DNA of 64,000 nucleotides, taken from the NCBI GenBank assembly GCA_033764315.1, contig JANRJA010000205.1, forward strand, positions 1-64,000. Reading direction: 5' to 3'. The notes beneath the pieces were generated by a model. The model was not told the DNA's origin, did not search any database, and saw only the letters and a list, made by a program, of their open reading frames with translations. Below, piece after piece: positions 8,301 to 16,507 of this stretch. The stretch comes from Oculatellaceae cyanobacterium bins.114 (lineage in GTDB: Bacteria; Cyanobacteriota; Cyanobacteriia; Elainellales; Elainellaceae). The position numbers were made by a program, and so were the translations under genes. Every line of letters begins with the position of its first letter. The first letter of the stretch is position 1.

Positions 8301-11109
8301 CAGTTTTGTATTCCACCTGGTCGCGGTTGGTGCGGCTGCCCTCGATCACCTGCGTCACATTGCTGTAGATCATCTGTTGCAGTTCCACTCGCACCCGCTC
8401 GTTTGCCTGGGTTTCTCCTTGAGGATTGATGACGCCCACTGTCACCTCAAAGGGTTGTCCTGCCTCAGCGACAAAGTCACTTTTGAGGGCAATCAGGCGA
8501 TCGCTCGGCAGTGCCACAAAGGTTTGGGAATTGCCAACGGCCAGATTTGAGACATCCGACACCTGCACATCCACTTGATAGGTCATGGGGTAAGGCAAAT
8601 CATCCGCCACGGTGATGGTTTCGCTGCCCTTGCCCTGGTCATCCAACAAAGCTGCCGTTTGCAACACATCCGCTGCAACGCTCGGTTCTTCTTCGGGCCA
8701 AAACCACTGTCGCCCAATCGAAAACTCTTCCCAACCGGGAGGAGACAACTCGGCGCGATCGCGCGTCACATAATATTCTGCCTGACCTTCCTCCACTGGG
8801 GGACCAAACAAATAGTTGCTCTGAGCCTCCGCTTTGACCGTTTCACCCACCACTGCAAAAGGCTTGTCGAGGGTCAGATCGACCTTAAAGTTGGGTGGCT
8901 TGAACTCCGCCACTCGAAACTCGCCAGAAATCTCTAGATCGCCACTCTTGGCAACGATGGTGTAGAAACCGAGCGGTTGGGTTGCTGCCAGGGGCACCTC
9001 TAACGAAAACGTACCAAAGGCATTCGTAGTCTGGCTGCCCAGGCTTGTTTCACTGCCATCGGGTTGACGCAGACTGACGCTGTAGGTCGCGTTCTTGCCC
9101 TGCCGCAGTTCCCCGTTTTGCAGATAATACATAAATCCGGTGAATGAGGCTTTTTCTCCCGGTTGATACAACTGCCGATCTGAGACGATCGCCCCTCGTG
9201 TTTCGGGTCGGTTGCCTGCCCATCCCGTATTGACGTCATACCCATAGCTGCCACTCCATTCCTGCACGCGGACAAACGCCCAATCTTGACCTTCACGGGC
9301 GATCGCCAACAAGTTGGGTGGATCGGTGAACCCCTTTCCCTCAGTGGGAATGCAGCGTTGCATCGCCTCCAAAGTGAGCAGCAGTGCCCCTGTTGCATCC
9401 GTTCTACCCGTCGCACAAGCAACCGGAGTCGGTTGGTTCTTCTCCCCTAACTTCGACTGGTAGATCTCCACCTGTGCCCCATTTACCGGGGAACCATCCG
9501 CCAGATGGTGAACTCGCACCAAGCCTGACTCTGGAAACCACTGAGCAAACACCCCCAGATTGGTCAACTGCACCAATCCATAAGCATTGGGTTCTCGCCA
9601 CAGGGTTTTGCCCTCTTGCTGATACTGGTTTGCCCGCGCCTGAACCCCATATGCCAACATTCCCGTCGTGCCGCCCAACTGTTCTCGCAACGGCACTGCC
9701 ACTTCAGTCGATTGATTCTTTGTTCCTTGAATCGGGAAGGTTTGCCATGCGCTCGATTGAGGCAATAAATCATTTCCCTCACCTAGAGGATAAGCAGAAT
9801 CGGTGTAGACCAAATCAGTAGGTTGCACCACGCGATAGGCCGCTTTGTACTGCTGATCTGGCAGGTTGACAGTTGAGATATTCAGTTGCAGGTCTTTTGT
9901 ACTGGGAAAAATGTGTAACCCAGACGGTGCCCACAATTCTGCGGCTACATCTCCCGTTTCATAATCTACGGTGACAGGTTGCCCCAGGGTTTGCCCAAAC
10001 TGATCTTTGAGGTTGGCTCCCAGCGTAATCGTATAGGTTGTGGCTGGCTCCAACGACCAGGGATTGAGGTTAATCAGCGTGTCGCCATCATAGGACTGGA
10101 GCGATCGCGGAGCTTCTTTAGGGGCAGGTTGAATCGTGATATTTTCTACGGCAGAGGCAGCATCTAACCCGTTGTTAAATCGCAACTGAGCACTGCCCTT
10201 GGTAAACCGTCCATAGACGCCTCCCGCATCGGGTTGACCTACGTATTGCAACCCCTCAAAGGCTAACGGGGAATAGGTTTCAAGCTGACTGGTGAAAGGC
10301 ATCTCACTCACCAGGTTGCCCTGCGTGGGACGCAACCCCGGTGCAAATTCCAGCTTATACCGAGTGGCTTTTGCCAGTTCTCGTTGTGGAGTCAGGCTAT
10401 AAAGCCAGGAGCGTTGCGACGGATCAAAGGTTTCCTGAGGGTCGTTGTAGCTTTCCCCGGTTTCACTCTCGTCAGAGTTTTTCTGCAATTCCACCTTCAG
10501 CGGCACCGATTCGCTAGAACCCTCTGGAATTAAGTTGACCCGTTCCTTCAGCGAATTGAGGTCTAACTCCACATTGGAGGTGACTTGAAACACAGGCTTG
10601 AGGTCAAATGGCTCTGGCTCACTTCCCGAATCGGAGGCGGCTCCTGGTAAGTTTGTGAGGGCGATCGCTTCTGTATTAAATGTCCATGCCAGATCTTGGG
10701 CTAGCTGATGGTTGTTCAAATCGGCTAAACCCGCTTTGAGTGTTACCCGAAATCGATTAGCTTTGGGCAGAGCTTGATCGGCTTGAAAGCCTACCATGCG
10801 GGGGGTCAAAAACCGAAACCGCCCTGGAATCGGCGGTATTACTTCAAATTTGCTGAGTTGTGTTTGTTGGTCGGGGCTATCGAGGCTCTCAATCGGAATC
10901 AACGGGTGTTTGAAGCGTACCCGAATCTGTGCTAGCGGGTCTGCCTGATCAAGGGGACTGATCTGCTCAATCCACTCTGGCAACGGTGGGAGTGGTAGCG
11001 GATCAACGGATGCTAGCGGCTGACTGGGTCTAAACGCCGCAATGTCGCAACTGGCAATGCCAAACACGAGTGCCAACCCCAGGATAAAGTTGCACCAAAA
11101 TCTCCCCAT
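5359..11109 (-). CDS. Alpha-2-macroglobulin family lipoprotein, thioester-less
   Basis: About 1.9-kaa ORF with lipobox (GIAS-C), DRQLYQPGE, EFKPPNF, LPDNLTTWRV, DPLPAGLEA and YLVRSVTPG motifs. Start could be anywhere in 11109-11136. Confidence 0.93.
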   Translation of the reverse strand: MGRFWCNFILGLALVFGIASCDIAAFRPSQPLASVDPLPLPPLPEWIEQISPLDQADPLAQIRVRFKHPLIPIESLDSPDQQTQLSKFEVIPPIPGRFRFLTPRMVGFQADQALPKANRFRVTLKAGLADLNNHQLAQDLAWTFNTEAIALTNLPGAASDSGSEPEPFDLKPVFQVTSNVELDLNSLKERVNLIPEGSSESVPLKVELQKNSDESETGESYNDPQETFDPSQRSWLYSLTPQRELAKATRYKLEFAPGLRPTQGNLVSEMPFTSQLETYSPLAFEGLQYVGQPDAGGVYGRFTKGSAQLRFNNGLDAASAVENITIQPAPKEAPRSLQSYDGDTLINLNPWSLEPATTYTITLGANLKDQFGQTLGQPVTVDYETGDVAAELWAPSGLHIFPSTKDLQLNISTVNLPDQQYKAAYRVVQPTDLVYTDSAYPLGEGNDLLPQSSAWQTFPIQGTKNQSTEVAVPLREQLGGTTGMLAYGVQARANQYQQEGKTLWREPNAYGLVQLTNLGVFAQWFPESGLVRVHHLADGSPVNGAQVEIYQSKLGEKNQPTPVACATGRTDATGALLLTLEAMQRCIPTEGKGFTDPPNLLAIAREGQDWAFVRVQEWSGSYGYDVNTGWAGNRPETRGAIVSDRQLYQPGEKASFTGFMYYLQNGELRQGKNATYSVSLRQPDGSETSLGSQTTNAFGTFSLEVPLAATQPLGFYTIVAKSGDLEISGEFRVAEFKPPNFKVDLTLDKPFAVVGETVKAEAQSNYLFGPPVEEGQAEYYVTRDRAELSPPGWEEFSIGRQWFWPEEEPSVAADVLQTAALLDDQGKGSETITVADDLPYPMTYQVDVQVSDVSNLAVGNSQTFVALPSDRLIALKSDFVAEAGQPFEVTVGVINPQGETQANERVRVELQQMIYSNVTQVIEGSRTNRDQVEYKTVAQAETRSGKTPEPISLTATEAGAYRIRANFTNARNEATATDVQIWITGANEVNWGDRYTDERIDIQLDKETYQVGEMVNALIQSPYPDAELYFAVVRHDTLYKSVTQVKGGAPQIQFQVTPEMLPNAAIEVVLVRQGAPLEQVEPGSLEDLVRIGFAPFKVNLADQYLTVTATPQAESVAPSTSQTVQLTVQTPQGQPVQGQVTVMVVNEAVLQLTGYRPPDLVETVYAEQPISLRFADNRPDVVLQPLTSPIDKGWGFGGGYSTGAGNTRIRTNFQPLAYYNGSVLTDANGQATVTFPLPDNLTTWRVMVVATDGQLHFGNGETTFITTQPLITNAILPQFARPGDRLEAGLSVTNTTNQTGNLAIEGTLSGGLQADNTSLSQEDQAQSGTTAYRFPVVATTAGEASIQFSTKFNDESDAFRETLEVKPLAVTEQVVESGTTETQVQIPLKVDANVMRDLGGLDLSLASTLVADIQVPARQILQTEQLPFLELAASQLAIAANLQFLTLTYGQTDAQFIPVEQANAALEQLAKLQQGDGGFAAYPGGQQSDPFVTPYAARAIATARTTFEGVTAPATLQLKQDMVTRLVGYLQRILADPGQYEFCKEQPCKDRVRLDMLLALDELGTTRTDFLSELYERRAQFDPVMQIKLARYLSQFPDWQTEATDLTRQVQEAIAETGRAATVNLPSTWRWLSSPTVAQAEALRLFVTRQSDRAVVDRLVQGLLSQRRNGTWGNTYDTAEALTALVEYSQLQPEPPNFTATAQLAGKTLTSIQFRGYEDSSESLTVPMSELPQGENTLTLRKTGQGTLHYLAAYRYRLQGNPPGRFNGLRVTRTLRPANKPDVLKQYGLFDDEQPLTVKPGQVLDVGIEVITDHPVDHVLITDPLPAGLEAVDASFQTATPYFAARGDSWQIGYQTIYRDRVVAYGDHLEPGVYTLHYLVRSVTPGTFSYPGAEAHLQYAAEDFGRSTATTLEIAE

Positions 11110-11295
11110 ACGGACAGACATACCCATTCCTCTCACAACACATTTCTGTCATAGCCGATACAGTGCAGAGGCGTGGGCGATACCCATAATTCTTAATCTG
11201 TAAGGCTTTTAGTGAGATTAATCTTTACGCAACAGGCGCAGAAGTAGGTGCTGTTGGGGGATGGCATCGTCTGTTACTGTAAAGTGAACCAAACC

Positions 11296-11640
11296 GTACA
11301 GCCGCAATTAATCGCGTCTCTTCAGAATCTCTCGCAACATCGCCTGTGTGGTGGGATGATCGGACAACTCCCCCATTCGCCCTGCCTCAATACTCCAGAT
11401 CTCCGGCTGCTTGGGATACATACCTAGTACAGACACGATTAATCGCGTCTCTGCGACACCTGTTGGACAACTCCCCTTTTCGCCCTGCCTCAACACCCCA
11501 GATCTCCGGCTGCTTGAGATACATACCTAGTACAGACGCGATTAATCGCGGCTCTGCGACACCTGCTGCAACACCGCCTGCGTCATCGGATGATCAGACA
11601 ACTCCCCTTCTCGATCTACCTCAACCATTTGTTGCACAAA
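11296..11640 (-). repeat. Triplicated 3' end of the TPR gene, each copy closed by a REP-like palindrome
   Basis: TTAATCGCG(T/G)CTCT starts at 11308, 11439 and 11542 (periods 131 and 103 bp). Shared GACAACTCCCC and CCAGATCTCCGGCTGCTTG-GATACATACCTAGTACAGAC blocks. Confidence 0.9.
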
Positions 11641-13731
11641 CAACCGGAAGTTCTCCCAACCAAGTTTCGTGCTGGGATGATTTTCACCTAAAACCTTCTC
11701 TTTAATTTTGAGCGATCGCACATAGAGGGGTTCTGCCTCGCTGTAGCGTCCCTGCACTCGGTAGAGTTCTGCTAGATTGTTGAGGCTGGTGGCGACATTG
11801 GGATGGTCGGCTCCCAACTGCTGTTCCCAGATCGAGAGCGATCGCACATAGAGGGGTTCTGCCTCACTGTAGCTTCCCTGCACTCGGTAGAGTTCTGCCA
11901 AATTGTTGAGGCTGGTGGCGACAGAAGGATGATCGCTGCCCAACTGCTGTTCTCGAATGGCAAGCGATCGCCCATAGAGGGATTCTGCCTCACTGGTGCG
12001 TCCCTGCGACTCGTAGAGTGCTGCCAAATTGTTGAGGTCAGTCGCAACGTCAGGGTGATTATTCCCATAACAGCGTTCATCAATGGAGAGCGATCGCACG
12101 TAAAGGGGTTCTGCCTCACTGTAGCGTCCCTGCGACTCGTAGAGTCCTGCCAGATTGTTGAGGCTGGTGGCAACAGAAGGATGGTCACTGCCCAACTGCT
12201 GCTCATAGATGGCGAGCGATCGCACCAAGAGGGGTTCTGCCTCGCTGTAGCGTCCCTGCGACTTGTAGAGTAATGCCAGATTGTTGAGGCTTAAGGCAAC
12301 ATCGGGATGGTTGTTGCCCAACTGCTGTTCTCGGATAGCAAACGATCGTGCCAAGAGGGGTTCTGCCTCGCTGTAGCGTCCCTGCGACTCGTAGAGTGCT
12401 GCCAGGTTGTTGAGGCTGGTGGCGACATGGGGATGGTCACTGCCCAACTGCTGTTCATAGAGGTTAAGCGATCGCACCAAGAGGGGTTCTGCCTCGCTAT
12501 AGCGTCCCTGCGACTCGTAGAGGTTTGCCAGGTTGTTGAGGCTAGCAGCGACATCAGGATGGTTAGCTCCCAACTGCTGCTCTCGGATGGCAAACGATCG
12601 CACCAAGAGGGGTTCTGCCTCGCTATAGCGTCCCTGCGCTCGGTAGAGGTTTGCCAGGTTGTTGAGGCTGGTGGCGGCAGAGGGATGGTTACTGCCCAAC
12701 TGCTGTTCTCTGATAGAGAGCGATCGCACGTAAAGGGGTTCTGCCTCACTGTAGCGTCCCTGCGACTCGTAGAGTAATGCCAGATTGTTGAGGCAAGTGG
12801 CGACATCGGGATGGTCACTGCCCAACTGCTGTTCTCTGATAGAGAGCGATCGCACGTAAAGGGGTTCTGCCTCGCTGTAGCGTCCCTGCGACTGGTAGAG
12901 GTTTGCCAGATAGCCCAGACTATTGGCAAGTGGGGTGGGGTCAGGCAGAGATTCACGCAGGGGAATGGCAGCTTGAAAGGCGGCGATCGCCTTTTCGGTT
13001 TCCTGGGGGCGATCGGTTGCGATGCCTCGCTCTAAGCGTTTGCAATAAGCTGTGCCTAAGCTGTGATAAAGACTGGCTAACAGGGGTGAATATGGGTCTT
13101 CCGCCTTGAGATCCGCGATTTGTTGCTCTAGCTCACTGGGGTCTGCCAGGGGTTCATCGGTGGCTGAGGGTTGACGGTCAATCTCTTGCGATCGATCAGG
13201 AGCTTGCCAGGTGATGGGCTGGTCAAACTCAAAGACACCTCCGCGCCAACTCCAAAAATCAGGGGCTTGCTGGGCTAATCCTTGGGCGACGGCCTCTGTC
13301 ACCCACACCACCACCGGAAACTGAAACTCTCGCAGTCCCTCGCGGGTCCACTGGACAGAAAAGAAAAACCGCTCCTGGGCTGATTTAGGATGCTCTAATC
13401 GAATTCCCAGCAATTCGTCGCCACCGCGCACGGTTACAAGGGTTGGGCGATCGCGCTGATCTTCTGCAAGGCTTGCCTGCCAATCGAGCAGACTTTGCTT
13501 GAGACTGGGTTGTTGGCGATCGAGTTGAATTTGATGACAACTGACTCCCTTTGCGGTCAGTTCTGCCTCATAGGTGCGAATCAAGTCATCCCGATAAAAG
13601 GGATTATCACAAATGGCGATTAACAAATTTAGCTTGTGCAGACTGGCTTGCACCGACACCACCAATCGCCGCAAATTGCGTTGATTTGCAAGTACCCGTT
13701 CAGAGGAATCGGTAGGAGGAGATTGATTCAT
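11542..13731 (-). CDS. TPR protein: N-terminal degenerate NTPase-like domain plus ten 42-aa kinesin-light-chain-type TPR repeats
   Basis: Repeats of ATSLNNLAxLYxSQGRYSEAEPLxxRSLxIxEQQLGxxHPxV. The N-domain has REGLREFQFPVVVW...APDFWSWRGGVFEF and no Walker A. Confidence 0.92.
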   Translation of the reverse strand: MNQSPPTDSSERVLANQRNLRRLVVSVQASLHKLNLLIAICDNPFYRDDLIRTYEAELTAKGVSCHQIQLDRQQPSLKQSLLDWQASLAEDQRDRPTLVTVRGGDELLGIRLEHPKSAQERFFFSVQWTREGLREFQFPVVVWVTEAVAQGLAQQAPDFWSWRGGVFEFDQPITWQAPDRSQEIDRQPSATDEPLADPSELEQQIADLKAEDPYSPLLASLYHSLGTAYCKRLERGIATDRPQETEKAIAAFQAAIPLRESLPDPTPLANSLGYLANLYQSQGRYSEAEPLYVRSLSIREQQLGSDHPDVATCLNNLALLYESQGRYSEAEPLYVRSLSIREQQLGSNHPSAATSLNNLANLYRAQGRYSEAEPLLVRSFAIREQQLGANHPDVAASLNNLANLYESQGRYSEAEPLLVRSLNLYEQQLGSDHPHVATSLNNLAALYESQGRYSEAEPLLARSFAIREQQLGNNHPDVALSLNNLALLYKSQGRYSEAEPLLVRSLAIYEQQLGSDHPSVATSLNNLAGLYESQGRYSEAEPLYVRSLSIDERCYGNNHPDVATDLNNLAALYESQGRTSEAESLYGRSLAIREQQLGSDHPSVATSLNNLAELYRVQGSYSEAEPLYVRSLSIWEQQLGADHPNVATSLNNLAELYRVQGRYSEAEPLYVRSLKIKEKVLGENHPSTKLGWENFRLFVQQMVEVDREGELSDHPMTQAVLQQVSQSRD
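11672..12931 (-). repeat. Ten 126-bp tandem intragenic repeats
   Basis: GGGTTCTGCCTC-CTGTAGCGTCCCTGC recurs every 126 bp, and a CGATCG core is in register in every unit. Confidence 0.95.
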
Positions 13732-13740
13732 AGCGTTGAT

Positions 13741-15033
13741 TTATTTAATCAATCCCTCCCGTCGCAACAAGTCAACCACGATCGGGTGTACGTCATACCA
13801 CAACTCATCATTCTGATATTCCAACACCATCAATCCATGCAGCAATTTAACAAAGGCATCGCCATCCGTGTCTTTGCTTTTGAGAGTTTGATAGACCTGC
13901 ACCAAGACCGGAAACAAATCAGTCCCAATTTGTCGAGCAAAGTCATTTCGCAGATTTCGCAGTGCCAGCGTTAAAATCTCGTCATTGATTTTTAAGTCGG
14001 TGCGATCGGGTTCCAATTCCAATTGCACCATACATTCAGTGCAACACTCTCGTGCAATTCGCACCAGTTCCCGCATGACACCGCCACTTTTGAGCACCAT
14101 CTGACGCGCGGTATCCGGCTCGATGCAATCTGCGGAAATCCGTTTGGTCAACACCTTGAGAAATAGGTCTACCGTTTTGGCGATCGGCTCTGCTTGAGGA
14201 TTGCGAACATCTTGTTTGCCAAAAAACTTGGCGACTGCAAACAATTGAGGACGTACAATGCCCTCTGACATCAACGCCCCCATGACTTTTGGCTCTTGTA
14301 CGGCTGACACCGGGATGGTAAACACAATCCGAAATCCGGGAGAAAACAATACCTTGATGTTGTTGAGATAGATCGATTCCACCAAAGCCAAATCAAGCTT
14401 ATCCAGGTCATCAATCACAACGAGAACAGGTTTTTTAGTTGTAGTTTCGATCGCGGCTGCAATCCGATCGGCTTTGGCAACCAAATCTGCCACATTCTTT
14501 TCAAACACCCGTTCAATTTCATCCCGAAATGCCTGTTCTTTCTGAAAACTCAGGGTTGCCATCTGGAGCAAGTTATCCACTCCCAGCCCAACTTCGGATG
14601 AAGTGCCCTGTTCAGCCGTTTGTTTGCGAGTAGTGGTCATCCAACCCAACAGACTTTGTTTAATATCGTCTGCTACTGGAATGCGTTGTTGTGTGGCAGC
14701 ACTCAGCAACTTGAGCGCGATCGCATACAAAATGTTTCGATGCGTTACTGCCGACGGTTCAAGCAAATCGGCAATTGAGAAAAACACGGTGAAGTGCTTC
14801 GGCTGCATTTCCACCGTAAACCGTTTTAACAAAGTTGACTTACCACAGCCTCGATGTCCGGCAAAGATAAACTTTTGAGCCTTTGTCGAGGCATTTACTT
14901 CCTGCCTCAACCGCACTAACACCTCGTGCCCATAGTCCACCCGAAATTTCTCGATATCCTCTGGCTCGATCAGGGGAAACAAATCGAGATCTTGGTAGGC
15001 TTGCTGAAAAATAGCGAGAATGGCTTCGTTCAT
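13741..15033 (-). CDS. P-loop ATPase (AAA/KAP/STAND-like), partner of the TPR gene
   Basis: Walker A GHRGCGKST, Walker B VVIDDLDK, SGGVMRELVR, C-terminal LEYQNDELWYDVHP. Only 9 bp from the TPR gene start. Start at 15033 or 15066. Confidence 0.9.
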   Translation of the reverse strand: MNEAILAIFQQAYQDLDLFPLIEPEDIEKFRVDYGHEVLVRLRQEVNASTKAQKFIFAGHRGCGKSTLLKRFTVEMQPKHFTVFFSIADLLEPSAVTHRNILYAIALKLLSAATQQRIPVADDIKQSLLGWMTTTRKQTAEQGTSSEVGLGVDNLLQMATLSFQKEQAFRDEIERVFEKNVADLVAKADRIAAAIETTTKKPVLVVIDDLDKLDLALVESIYLNNIKVLFSPGFRIVFTIPVSAVQEPKVMGALMSEGIVRPQLFAVAKFFGKQDVRNPQAEPIAKTVDLFLKVLTKRISADCIEPDTARQMVLKSGGVMRELVRIARECCTECMVQLELEPDRTDLKINDEILTLALRNLRNDFARQIGTDLFPVLVQVYQTLKSKDTDGDAFVKLLHGLMVLEYQNDELWYDVHPIVVDLLRREGLIK

Positions 15034-15168
15034 TGCACCAACAGGACTGAATCTGCCCTCCATCATACCGAAACACTGGGCGATCGCTCTCTCTAACGGC
15101 TCTTCCTGCTACTCAATGAGTGAACGGCTCCCCATGACTCACCTGCTGAGATAGAGCATTCTCACTTG

Positions 15169-15504
15169 AGACAACAACCCTTTGATTGAAAACAGGAGCG
15201 ATCGCGCTTTAAACAGCAACAATCCCACTTCAAACAGAAGCGATCGCTCCTTAAACAACAAAGTTTCTGTTTTAAACAAGAATCTTGCTGTTTAGAACAG
15301 GAACAATCCCACTTCAAATAGGAGCGATCGCATTTGAAATCAGAATGTTCCCACTTCAAACAGGAATGTTGCCACTTTAAACAGGAGCGATCGCTCTTTT
15401 AACAGAAATGCTTCTACTTCAAACAAGAACATTTTCACTTCAAACAGCAACGTTCCTACTTCAGACAAGAACAGTCCTACTTTAAACAGCAACGTTTCTA
15501 CTTC
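15169..15504. repeat. Array of 16 degenerate 21-bp tandem repeats
   Basis: Units start at 15169, 15190, 15211 ... 15484 with no indels. Approximate consensus AAACAGNAAYNNTCCYACTTY. Confidence 0.95.
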
Positions 15505-15565
15505 TAGACAGACGATCTATATACACCGTAGGGGTTAAGGGGAGGTGCTTTTAGACCGTGGGGTT

Positions 15566-16507
15566 CTACAACATCCCCATCAATGTCACTTCCCACGTCA
15601 AGCGAGACTGCACCGAACCGCGCAAATGTCGCCGTGCTGTTTCTAACAAGTGCAAAAACTGAGGATGTGTTTGTTGTTGCCAATAGCGATGTTGCAAGTA
15701 GTCAACAAACCACAATTGCGCCTCCACATCCAATTCTTTGTCAATTTGGCGTGCCAGTTCTAACGCATGACGCAGCGATCGCGGCGGTTGAGTCACCGTT
15801 TCTAGCAACTCTAAATCAATCGTTTGTAGTTGTTGCCAATGGGCGATCGCTTCTCCTGGGCTGCCCTGCGCCAAAGCCAAGATCTCCGGATGTTGCAACA
15901 CGTCCTCATGTCCACTGCGCCGCAACACGGCTGCCACATCCTTTGTGCTCAGTCGTTGAAACCGCACTCGTTGACAACGCGACACAATCGTCGGCAACAG
16001 CGCATCCACACTCGATGCAATCAGAATTAAAGTGGCTTTTCCGGGTTCTTCTAGAGTTTTAAGTAGCCCATTAGCCGCCGCATCTGCCATACTCTCGGCT
16101 TGTTCTAACACCACTACGGCACGTTCTGCCTCCAATGGGGGACGACCGAGAAACTGAGCAATCTCCCGCACTTGATCTAACCGAATCTGGGGCGGAGTCT
16201 TGCGTTTAACCCCTAACTCGGCAGCTTCTTTCACCGAGATGCGTTTGCCTTGATGCAAATAGGTCGGTTCAACCCAAAACAAATCGGGGTGATTGCGTTG
16301 TTCAATCCGCGATCGCAACTGAGGTGAGACAAGTCCTTTTGGCGATAGCAGCAGTTCTGCAAATCCTTGAGCGGCCAAACTACGCCCAATTCCTGGGATG
16401 CCAACGAACAAATAAGCGGGTGCAATGCGATCGCGTTCGATTGCAGCCATCAACAACTCCACGGCTTGCGATTGCCCAATTAATGCATCAAAAACAGACG
16501 ACACCAT
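15566..16507 (-). CDS. holB: DNA polymerase III subunit delta'
   Basis: RIAPAYLFVG, NHPDL, AANGLLKTLEEP, LPTIVSRCQ. Immediately downstream of tmk. Confidence 0.95.
   Translation of the reverse strand: MVSSVFDALIGQSQAVELLMAAIERDRIAPAYLFVGIPGIGRSLAAQGFAELLLSPKGLVSPQLRSRIEQRNHPDLFWVEPTYLHQGKRISVKEAAELGVKRKTPPQIRLDQVREIAQFLGRPPLEAERAVVVLEQAESMADAAANGLLKTLEEPGKATLILIASSVDALLPTIVSRCQRVRFQRLSTKDVAAVLRRSGHEDVLQHPEILALAQGSPGEAIAHWQQLQTIDLELLETVTQPPRSLRHALELARQIDKELDVEAQLWFVDYLQHRYWQQQTHPQFLHLLETARRHLRGSVQSRLTWEVTLMGML

Noticed and set aside
11308-11640. Diversity-generating retroelement TR/VR pair
   Set aside because: Differences between the copies are not adenine-specific, and no reverse transcriptase is present in the window.
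11772-13109. Overlapping repetitive ORFs in other frames of the TPR gene
   Set aside because: Shadow ORFs produced by the 126-bp periodicity.
15162-15359. 65-aa Cys-rich ORF as a real gene
   Set aside because: It is one reading of the repeat array, has a TTG start without SD, and the same frame has stops in neighbouring units.
15169-15504. CRISPR array interpretation of the 21-bp repeats
   Set aside because: The units are contiguous degenerate tandem repeats with no constant-repeat/unique-spacer alternation, and there are no cas genes in the window.
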